Shown: one piece after another, positions 8,353 to 16,508 of the stretch | Numbering within the stretch: position 1 is the stretch's first letter | How the letters are laid out: every line of letters starts with the position of its first letter | Source: a candidate division WOR-3 bacterium | GTDB lineage: Bacteria; Hydrothermota; Tepidihabitantia; Tepidihabitantales; CAIPLT01 | Direction: 5' to 3' | Length of the DNA stretch: 35,037 nt | NCBI GenBank assembly: GCA_965649215.1 | Contig: CBFGJZ010000003.1 | Span: forward strand, 44,370 to 79,406 | Notes under the pieces: generated by a model | What the model was told of the DNA's origin: nothing | The model's input: only the letters and a program-made list of their open reading frames with translations | Databases searched by the model: none | Position numbers and translations under genes: made by a program

Positions 8353-8413
8353 TAAAAAGTAAAACATTTCCAAAGTATATTAACTGTGATAGGACGAATT
8401 TGGTTATTTGACA

Positions 8414-9982
8414 TTATTTTAAAATAATATTTCTTTCTACTGTTTCTTTAGAGTTAAAATAAATTGTTTCGTGATAGGGCGCATAATACGGATTCTTGAG
8501 GGTTAGCCGCTTTCTGCCGACGCTTATCATTAATGGTTGAGCAATCGGTGTGGTCGCTTTATATATATCATCAATATAGACATCGGCCCAGGGACTCACG
8601 GAAATCTGTAAATAACCCACCCGTGCTGTTAAATCAATCGTAATTTGCATATTTTGATCAGGCATTACACTTAATAACGATTCAACAGGTGGAAAATTAG
8701 GATTAACAATTTTCAAAATATGTTTACCTACATCTACTATTAGTTCAGTATCTTTGGGGGTGGTAAAAATTTCTTGATTGTCAAGATATACAGTTGCCCA
8801 AGGCACAACATTTACTCGCAGTTTTGCATTCCCTTGTTGTCTTGGGATTTGTTCTTTTTCAGAAGGCTCATTAACTAAAACATTTTTTTGCGGCAATGAA
8901 GTTATGCTCTCGACCTTTATGTTACTTAAGTGGTTATTATGTATCTCTTTATTAATAATATTTTGATTACTGGATTTTATTCTAACTTTATTATAAACTG
9001 AATTCCCAATTATTATTGCCACTACCACAAGCAGCATTATCGGTATAATTATTAAACTTTTTATTTTTTTCTTAACTGGGATTGTTTTAGTGTCCATCAT
9101 TTCTTGATTTTCGAACAAAAATTTATTAATCGCAGATCGATCAATCGCATTTTGCTCAAACCATATTTCTAATTCATTAAGTACATCTGTAATATCGCTA
9201 ATACGCTCTTCTTTATTTTTATTTAACATCTTTTTAACGAGATGCCATAAATCTTCTGTATCTTTTAGGGGTGGGTCAAGTTTATAAAAAGGTATTGGCT
9301 TAACTGTTAAAACCTTATGTAAAATCGCCGAAAATGAATTAGCTAAGAAAGGATTAATCCCGGTTATTAATTCATAAAACACGACGCCCAAAGAATATAT
9401 ATCGGTACGATTATCAATTGATTTGCCTAAAATTTGTTCGGGTGACATATAAGCCGGTGTTCCTAAAATACTGCCTTCAATAGTTAAGCTGGGTAAAGCT
9501 TGTGAAAAAGCTAAGCCAAAATCAGTTAATTTTATTTTACCATCATTACTTAAAATAATATTGGCAGGTTTGATATCCCGATGAATAATACCCTGACTAT
9601 GCAGACGCGCGAGAATACGACTTGCTTCTACTATTATATAAGCTGCTAAAGGAACTGCTAATCGTTTTTTCTCATCTAATAGTTCTTTAATACTTTTACC
9701 AGCAATATACTCCGTAACAAAAAAATAAACCCCATTTACATTATTAAAATCATAAACTTTAACAATACCATCGTCATTAAGGGAGCTTAATAATTTTGCT
9801 TCTCGTTCAAAGCGTGCCACCATTTCTGAATTCGATACTAATGCAGGACTTAATACTTTTAAAATAACAGGGCGTTCTAATGGTTTTTGAATTGCCTTAT
9901 AAACGGCCGCTTGAGCACCACTCGAAAGCAAAGCGACAATCTCATATTTCTCTCCAAAAATGAATCCTGGTTGTAAAATCAC
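8414..9982 (-). CDS. Hanks-type Ser/Thr protein kinase with a TM helix and two PEGA-like domains
   Basis: HRDIKPAN, TDFGLA, GTPAYMSPEQ, DIYSLG. TM LIIIPIMLLVVVAIII. Two PWAxVYxD..TTP..GxxxLxxxNP repeats. GTG start overlaps the upstream TGA (GTGA). Confidence 0.92.
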   Translation of the reverse strand: MILQPGFIFGEKYEIVALLSSGAQAAVYKAIQKPLERPVILKVLSPALVSNSEMVARFEREAKLLSSLNDDGIVKVYDFNNVNGVYFFVTEYIAGKSIKELLDEKKRLAVPLAAYIIVEASRILARLHSQGIIHRDIKPANIILSNDGKIKLTDFGLAFSQALPSLTIEGSILGTPAYMSPEQILGKSIDNRTDIYSLGVVFYELITGINPFLANSFSAILHKVLTVKPIPFYKLDPPLKDTEDLWHLVKKMLNKNKEERISDITDVLNELEIWFEQNAIDRSAINKFLFENQEMMDTKTIPVKKKIKSLIIIPIMLLVVVAIIIGNSVYNKVRIKSSNQNIINKEIHNNHLSNIKVESITSLPQKNVLVNEPSEKEQIPRQQGNAKLRVNVVPWATVYLDNQEIFTTPKDTELIVDVGKHILKIVNPNFPPVESLLSVMPDQNMQITIDLTARVGYLQISVSPWADVYIDDIYKATTPIAQPLMISVGRKRLTLKNPYYAPYHETIYFNSKETVERNIILK

Positions 9983-11445
9983 AAATCGGTAATATTTAAT
10001 TTTTTCAATTTATATTGCAGGGTACGGCGACTAATGCCTAATCGTCGAGCCGCTTGATTGCGATTACCACCAACTTCTTGTAAAATCTTAATAATATATT
10101 CTCGTTCTTTATCTTTAATTTCCTGCTTCAACTTACTATTTGACAATTCATTAGAAATCACTATTCCTAAATCTTCGGGTTTAATATATTCATCAACGGT
10201 AAGTGCACAAGCGCGTGCAACCGAATTTTCTAATTCCCTAACATTTCCTGGCCAAGAATAATTTAATAACAATGATAAACTTGATTTAGTAAAACCTTTA
10301 ATTGATTTGTGCTCTTTTTCACAATACCGTTTTAAAAAATGATTTGCCAATAGAATTATATCATCGCCCCGTTCGCGTAATGGCGGTAATGTAATTGTAA
10401 CCCCCTGAATACGAAAGAATAGGTCTTCTCGAAATTTGCCCTGCTTAACTGCCTCTTTTAAACTCTTATTGGTTGCAGAAATAATTCGTACATCAGCACG
10501 ACGAACAATATTTTCACCAATTCGGCGAAATTCACCCTCTTGTAAAAATCTCAATAACTTAGCTTGGGTAGTTAAATTGATGTCCGCGATTTCATCTAAA
10601 AACAAAGTGCCTTGATCAGCTTCTTCAAAAAGTCCTTTTTTATCAGCAAGAGCACCCGTAAAAGCACCTTTCTTATAACCAAACAATTCTGATTCTAAAA
10701 GTGTTTCGGGTAGGCTACCACAATATACAGCAACAAATCTTCCTTTTTGACGCGTCCCATTGAAATGTAATGCTCGTGCTACCAACTCTTTACCAGTACC
10801 GGTTTCACCTTCAATTAAAACCGCAATATTGGAATTTAATACTTTACGCATAATATCAAAAACCTTTAACATTGCAGGGCTATGGCCAATAATATTATCA
10901 AATTGCGATGACTTAACTAATTCAGTTTTAAGATATTTATTTTCTTCTAATAATAATTCACGTAGTTTCGCATTCTCTATGGCTAATGCCGCTTGGTGAG
11001 AGAAGGCCGTGAGAAATTCCAAATCGTCATTCGTAAAAACACCCTTTTTACTACGCGAATCGACATAGATCGCGCCCAATAATTTATCGCGTGACAACAA
11101 AGGCACGCACATAACGGATTGAATATTATGTAAAATAACACTTTGGGCAGAACTAAACTCAGTAGAATCTAAAGCATTGTGAATTATTAATGGTTTTTGG
11201 TTAAGTAATACTTGATGTAAAACGCTACTTGATATTTCGGTTAAATCAGATAAATCTTTTTGGGAAAACTCTCTTGCTACAACGGGTTTAATTCCTTTAT
11301 CGTCTTTAATGACAATAACACCACGTTCGGCTGAAAGATTTTCAATTGCTAAATCCATTATCCTTTCTAGTAGTTCACGATAATCAAAAATTGAATTAAT
11401 AATCTTAAGAATATCAAATAGAGTCTTAAAATCATCTTGGCGCAT
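9979..11445 (-). CDS. Sigma54-dependent enhancer-binding protein (GAF, AAA+, Fis-type HTH)
   Basis: GAF motif SVMCVPL..LGAIYVDS, Walker A GETGTGKE, ESELFG..GAFTGA, Walker B FLDEI, WPGNVREL, HTH AARRLGISRRTL. Start moved to ATG 11445 because TTG 11481 is the -35 box. Confidence 0.95.
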   Translation of the reverse strand: MRQDDFKTLFDILKIINSIFDYRELLERIMDLAIENLSAERGVIVIKDDKGIKPVVAREFSQKDLSDLTEISSSVLHQVLLNQKPLIIHNALDSTEFSSAQSVILHNIQSVMCVPLLSRDKLLGAIYVDSRSKKGVFTNDDLEFLTAFSHQAALAIENAKLRELLLEENKYLKTELVKSSQFDNIIGHSPAMLKVFDIMRKVLNSNIAVLIEGETGTGKELVARALHFNGTRQKGRFVAVYCGSLPETLLESELFGYKKGAFTGALADKKGLFEEADQGTLFLDEIADINLTTQAKLLRFLQEGEFRRIGENIVRRADVRIISATNKSLKEAVKQGKFREDLFFRIQGVTITLPPLRERGDDIILLANHFLKRYCEKEHKSIKGFTKSSLSLLLNYSWPGNVRELENSVARACALTVDEYIKPEDLGIVISNELSNSKLKQEIKDKEREYIIKILQEVGGNRNQAARRLGISRRTLQYKLKKLNITDL

Positions 11446-11452
11446 TAAAGAT

Positions 11453-11481
11453 AATATAACTTGCTGTTTAATCGCTGTCAA
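11453..11481 (-). promoter_or_regulatory. Sigma70-type promoter giving a probably leaderless bEBP mRNA
   Basis: TTGACA (11481-11476), 17 nt spacer, TATATT (11458-11453), 7 nt, then ATG; no SD. Confidence 0.75.
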
Positions 11482-11601
11482 GAATATAGGATAATCTTTG
11501 ATGCCCTATTATAAGTTAATAAAAAGTCAATATTGCTATAAGAAAGATTTTTCAGTTTACTCTTGATTTTATTTATATTTCACCTATAGTATAAAAATAT
11601 T

Positions 11602-13722
11602 ATGTCAAATAAACTTTTAATTGTCGAATCACCAACGAAAGCGCATACGATCAAGCGTATTTTGGGTGGAAAGTTTATTGTACTTTCATCTCGTGGGCAC
11701 ATTAAAGATCTTCCTAAATCAAAACTTGGTATTGACATTGAAAACAATTTTACCCCAACCTATATAAAGATTCGTGGAAAAGGCAAAATAATTAATGAAT
11801 TAAAGAAGGCTGCAAAGAAGGCTCAGGAAATTTATCTTGGCACAGATCCTGATCGAGAAGGCGAAGCAATTGCTTTTCACATTGCCGAAGAAATCCAAAA
11901 TGGCAAAAAACCACAACGAGTCTTGTTCTATGAAATAACCAAGAGGGGTATTGAAAAAGGGTTAAATAGTCCTTTATCCATCGACCAAAATAAAGTTTTT
12001 GCCCACACTGCGCGACGTGTATTAGATCGTTTAGTTGGCTATTTGGTCTCACCCGTTTTATGGAAAACAATTAAAAGCGGTCTTTCCGCGGGTCGTGTGC
12101 AAACTGTCGCGCTGCGATTGATTATCGAAAGAGAACGAGAAATTGAACAATTCATACCTGACGAATATTGGCTTATTAAGGTTATTTTCTCAACAGACAC
12201 TAAACAAGAGTTTAGCACTTTACTTGCCAAAATTAATAATCAAGAAATAATAATTAAAAATCAACAAGAGGCGGAAGAAATAATAAAAGAACTCAAGTCA
12301 ATTACCAATTACTATATATCTCAATTAAAAACAACGACTCGTCATATTAAACCACCGCCACCGTTCATAACTGCAACTCTTCAACAAGAAGCATCACGAA
12401 AACTAAATTTCTCATCAAAAAAAACTATGTTTTTAGCTCAACAATTATTTGAAGGAATCAAGCTTAAGGATGAAGAAGTGGGTTTGATAACTTACCCTCG
12501 AACTGATTCGGTAAGGATAGCCGAAGAATTTATTAATATGACCCGTCAATATATAAAAGAGAAATTCGGCGAGAACTACCTTCCTGACCAAGTCAGAACT
12601 TACAAAGAACGCATATTAACCCAAGGTGCTCATGAAGCAATTCGTCCGACGGTTATAAATTACGAACCAGAAAGTATTAAATCTTTTCTTACGCAGGATC
12701 AATTCAAGTTATATGATTTAATCTATCGACGGTATCTTGCATCTCAAATGAGCGATGCTGAGTATTTAACAACTGATGTTGAAATAACCGGCGGAAAATA
12801 TACTTTTAAGGCGCAAGACATTAAACAAACCTTTAATGGATTTGAGAAAATTCTGCCCACTACTATCATTACTAAATCATTACCGCCGCTTAAGCAAAAT
12901 CAATTGCTCTCTTTAAAAAATATAAATTCTGAACAACATTTTACACAACCGCCTGCTCGCTACAGCGAAGCCAGCCTTATCAAAAAACTTCAAACTAATG
13001 GCATTGGCCGACCATCAACTTATGCTACAATTGTATCAACTGTATTAGAACGCCGCTATGTTGAAAAAAAACAAGGACGGCTATGGCCAACTAAACTCGG
13101 TTTTTTAGTCTACGACATTTTAATACCACATTTCGATAATATTTTTGAAATTAATTTTACGAAAGAAATGGAAGAAAAACTTGACCTAATTGAAGCAGCG
13201 AAAGAAAGTTGGCAAAAAGTAATAAGCAATTTCTATGAACCATTTAAGCAAGATTTAGACAAAATGCATCTTAAGAGTGAAACTATTAAGCATAATAATA
13301 TTGAACAACTATCCGAAAAATGCCCTGAATGTGGTAAAAATTTAATTCGCCGCTGGGGACGTTATGGACAATTTGTTGCCTGCTCCGGTTATCCGCAATG
13401 TAAGTATATCAAAAAAGATATAACCCAAGAATCACTAAATCTTCTACAAGACATTTGTCCTACATGTGGGAAACAATTAACAGAACGCATTGGGCGGTAT
13501 GGTAAATTTATTGCTTGCTCCGGTTATCCGCAATGTAAGTATATTGTAAAAACCGCAAAAGAAGAACCAATAGTACTCTCCGAAAAATGCCCTGAATGTG
13601 GTAAAAATTTAGTCCAACGAAAAGGTCGGTTCGGTAATTTTGTGGCTTGCTCTGGTTTTCCTAAATGTCGTTATAAAAAAACAATCAAAAAACATTCCTC
13701 TTTAGAAAATAATAAAACTTGA
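11602..13722 (+). CDS. topA: DNA topoisomerase I (type IA) with three C-terminal zinc ribbons
   Basis: LLIVESPTKA, TDPDREGEAI, SAGRVQT, catalytic LITYPRTDS, GIGRPSTYA, and three CPxCG..FxACSGYPxCxY repeats. Confidence 0.97.
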   Translation: MSNKLLIVESPTKAHTIKRILGGKFIVLSSRGHIKDLPKSKLGIDIENNFTPTYIKIRGKGKIINELKKAAKKAQEIYLGTDPDREGEAIAFHIAEEIQNGKKPQRVLFYEITKRGIEKGLNSPLSIDQNKVFAHTARRVLDRLVGYLVSPVLWKTIKSGLSAGRVQTVALRLIIEREREIEQFIPDEYWLIKVIFSTDTKQEFSTLLAKINNQEIIIKNQQEAEEIIKELKSITNYYISQLKTTTRHIKPPPPFITATLQQEASRKLNFSSKKTMFLAQQLFEGIKLKDEEVGLITYPRTDSVRIAEEFINMTRQYIKEKFGENYLPDQVRTYKERILTQGAHEAIRPTVINYEPESIKSFLTQDQFKLYDLIYRRYLASQMSDAEYLTTDVEITGGKYTFKAQDIKQTFNGFEKILPTTIITKSLPPLKQNQLLSLKNINSEQHFTQPPARYSEASLIKKLQTNGIGRPSTYATIVSTVLERRYVEKKQGRLWPTKLGFLVYDILIPHFDNIFEINFTKEMEEKLDLIEAAKESWQKVISNFYEPFKQDLDKMHLKSETIKHNNIEQLSEKCPECGKNLIRRWGRYGQFVACSGYPQCKYIKKDITQESLNLLQDICPTCGKQLTERIGRYGKFIACSGYPQCKYIVKTAKEEPIVLSEKCPECGKNLVQRKGRFGNFVACSGFPKCRYKKTIKKHSSLENNKT

Positions 13723-13773
13723 TTATTTCATCATAAAAAATATTCACTTAATTGTCAGGCGGTAATTAATATC

Positions 13774-14439
13774 TCAAGTTATTAACACCGCAATAATACC
13801 TACTAAAAAAATACCATCAAAAACTCCGGCGCCACCGATGCTCATCACGCCACGCCCCATTTTTTCAATTGCCTTCAAATTAAACAAATCAGCACCAATC
13901 AGGACGCCAAGGACGCCCGAAATATACGCAACTCCCGGTGCATAATTACGACCCGCAATTAGAATTGCTAATATTGCAGAAATGATTGGGGGAAAAAAAG
14001 CAGGAATAGCAATTCCGATACCCGGTGTCGGTCTTGCTAAAAACTTACAGGTAATTATCATTATTACGGTACAGATTATTACTGGTCTTAACGGTACTCG
14101 AAATAATAGCATAAAACATAACAATAATGGTAAAATACACCCGCCGACATTAATTGCTATCAACTGTTTCTGCAAAAATTGTGGTTTAATACCAAAAAGA
14201 AATTGATGCAGACTTGATATTTCAAAGTCATTCGTAACTTCAATTTGCTTTTCATATAAAGGAATATTTATTGTACTTCCTATAAGTGATAACAAGAAAA
14301 ACATAATTCCGCTAACTGGAGACATCCCAAGCTTTTGAAATGCAACTCCGACGGCTCCAACCGAAAATAAAACAAACAATAGTGGTAATAATAAAATAAA
14401 TATTATAAAAACAACTATTGAAAAAGGTAAAAAAAACAT
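13774..14439 (-). CDS. DUF1614-family integral membrane protein
   Basis: Polytopic membrane protein with SLIGSTINIP, IAINVGGCILP, GVLIGADL and SIGGAGVFDGIFL motifs. Confidence 0.8.
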   Translation of the reverse strand: MFFLPFSIVVFIIFILLLPLLFVLFSVGAVGVAFQKLGMSPVSGIMFFLLSLIGSTINIPLYEKQIEVTNDFEISSLHQFLFGIKPQFLQKQLIAINVGGCILPLLLCFMLLFRVPLRPVIICTVIMIITCKFLARPTPGIGIAIPAFFPPIISAILAILIAGRNYAPGVAYISGVLGVLIGADLFNLKAIEKMGRGVMSIGGAGVFDGIFLVGIIAVLIT

Positions 14440-14499
14440 AAACCTACTTCTTCGCTCTCGCGCGTTTACGCATCTAATTTCTCCCGTCTGTATTTTTTC

Positions 14500-15723
14500 T
14501 TATTTGACCAATATCAATTGCAAATGTTTACTCTGATATGGTGTGTTGATTTTGATTGTATAAATGCCGTTGGCAACCGTCTTTCCAAAATTATCCTTTC
14601 CGTCCCAAATTAGTTGATAAGAATTCGGTGTTTGATAATGATTTACTAAAGTCTTGACTTCCTGACCTAGACAATTATAAATTTTCACAGTTATCGGAGT
14701 TGCTTGATTGAGCTGATATTGAATCACTGTCTGCTTATTGAATGGATTAGGATAAATATTTTCTACTTTAACTAAATACTGATTGTTTATGCCATCCGAA
14801 ATTCCAGCTCCGCTGAGACGATATAGCTCAATAAAGCGTCCTTGTCCACTGCGCTTTATAGTTGCAGCGCCACTTGCTGAGTCTATTGAATAAACCGCGG
14901 TACCATTAGTACCTAAAATATTACCATTACCTAATCGATAAACGCCTCGCGCTCCTGATAAAGCATAGGTTCTATAAACTACTCCTGTAGTATCAAATAG
15001 TTGTATATTATTGGTACTAAAACCCGCAACCATAAATCGTCCCGGATATGCGGGATCATCTTGAATCTGTTCTGGAAAGTTAATAGAGAAGATATTTCTG
15101 ATATAAATACCATTTGTGTCATAGATTCTTACATTGTCGGTAGTGCCTGCAATGTCTGATACCAACGACTTGCCGTTGGGGAAAAACCAGATATCAAACG
15201 GATCTGATCCGTCCTGAATAAAAATTCTATGCACTGTATTAGGACCTGACATTTCAATTGTCTTCAACGCCGGTGACCCATTGGTTATGAAAAGATGACT
15301 ATCTCGGAAAGCAATACCACGAGTATTATCTAAACCATTCGCTGCGGTGGCGTACACACCGAGATAATTCCCCAAAGTATCAAACATTTCTACTTTATCT
15401 CCAACTTGATAAGAGATATAAATATTATTATCTGGTCCTTGCACTGCATTAATTGGTGTATTCGTGCCAATATAACATAAAGAACCAAGATAGTTCCCAT
15501 CATAAGGATCAAACAATCCTAACGATTCGCCTGACACCGGTGTCATTAAAACACCAGTTTGCCAATTAACAATCGGTCGTGTCCATGATAACTTATTGAA
15601 TTTAATATTGCTTTGTTCAACAATTTCAACACCAAATTCTTCATTAAAGTTTGTAGCTTGGAGATTTTGTCCCAACAGGGTGATTGCAAGACAACTTAAT
15701 ATAATACACATAGTTCGTATCAT
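14500..15723 (-). CDS. Secreted NHL-like beta-propeller protein with FlgD-Ig/T9SS-like C-terminal domain
   Basis: Signal peptide, repeated FDTxG blades, tail YPNPF..IYNCLGQEVKTL..WDGKD..GIY. RBS AAGGAGG. Confidence 0.78.
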   Translation of the reverse strand: MIRTMCIILSCLAITLLGQNLQATNFNEEFGVEIVEQSNIKFNKLSWTRPIVNWQTGVLMTPVSGESLGLFDPYDGNYLGSLCYIGTNTPINAVQGPDNNIYISYQVGDKVEMFDTLGNYLGVYATAANGLDNTRGIAFRDSHLFITNGSPALKTIEMSGPNTVHRIFIQDGSDPFDIWFFPNGKSLVSDIAGTTDNVRIYDTNGIYIRNIFSINFPEQIQDDPAYPGRFMVAGFSTNNIQLFDTTGVVYRTYALSGARGVYRLGNGNILGTNGTAVYSIDSASGAATIKRSGQGRFIELYRLSGAGISDGINNQYLVKVENIYPNPFNKQTVIQYQLNQATPITVKIYNCLGQEVKTLVNHYQTPNSYQLIWDGKDNFGKTVANGIYTIKINTPYQSKHLQLILVK

Positions 15724-15745
15724 AATTCCTCCTTTATTCTGATTT

Positions 15746-15774
15746 ATTATATTAATGCTCTAAAAGTTTGTCAA
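15746..15774 (-). promoter_or_regulatory. Perfect-consensus sigma70 promoter
   Basis: TTGACA (15774-15769), 17 nt spacer, TATAAT (15751-15746). Confidence 0.85.
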
Positions 15775-15777
15775 TAC

Positions 15778-16368
15778 CTAAAAATGCCACCAACTTGGGA
15801 AAATACGGTTGGTTCGTTGCATATAAAGACGATATTCATTTGGAAAATATTCTAAAAGCATTTTTTCTTCGCGTCTCACCCGATAAAGATAAAACGGTAA
15901 AAAGGTAACAAATAATGCAAAACCTGCAATCCAATTATGAAATATTAAAGGCAATGCAAATGCCCATAAAAAGTGTGCTGCATAAATAGGATGGCGAATA
16001 TATTTAAACAATCCATGACCAACTAATTTGTGTCCTTTGTATAATTCTAACCACGGAGACCAAGAATGATTTAATTGGATTTGAGCCTTGATAATAATAT
16101 AAATTGCAGTCAAATATAAAATTAAGCCAATAAACTTAAATCCGATCCACAAACGATAATTAGCAAAATTAAGATAGTTAGTAATCATCACCAATATTGG
16201 AAAAATAATATAACCGAATGAATTAAGACTTAATAATAATCGGTCCAAAAGAGAGCTTTTAAATACAACTAATTGATTCATTTTATTCGCTCGGCTTTGC
16301 ACATAGCGAGCAATACAAATAATGATAAAGCCAAGAATATATAAGATATTAATTGTTTTATTAATCAA
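15778..16368 (-). CDS. Isoprenylcysteine carboxyl methyltransferase (ICMT/Ste14) family membrane protein
   Basis: LNHSWS..HKLVGHGLFKYIRHPIY..RVRREEKMLLEYF..Y..YMQRTNR; several TM helices. Confidence 0.9.
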   Translation of the reverse strand: MINKTINILYILGFIIICIARYVQSRANKMNQLVVFKSSLLDRLLLSLNSFGYIIFPILVMITNYLNFANYRLWIGFKFIGLILYLTAIYIIIKAQIQLNHSWSPWLELYKGHKLVGHGLFKYIRHPIYAAHFLWAFALPLIFHNWIAGFALFVTFLPFYLYRVRREEKMLLEYFPNEYRLYMQRTNRIFPSWWHF

Positions 16369-16406
16369 AATAAAAATCTTTTCTCTCCTCGTCTATAACT
16401 CTAATA

Positions 16407-16435
16407 ACTCTATCTTGAAAAACTAAACATGTCAA
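16407..16435 (-). promoter_or_regulatory. Sigma70-type promoter of the ICMT-family gene
   Basis: TTGACA (16435-16430), 17 nt spacer, TAGAGT (16412-16407). Confidence 0.6.
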
Positions 16436-16508
16436 GTTATCAAGATTTAATGATCGTTAGGAATAAATAAAGTATGTTTAATAATGTTACTGATTGCAAA
16501 TAAAGTCG

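Noticed and set aside
11446-11481. TTG start of the bEBP at 11481
   Set aside because: The TTG is part of the -35 hexamer TTGACA of a correctly spaced promoter.
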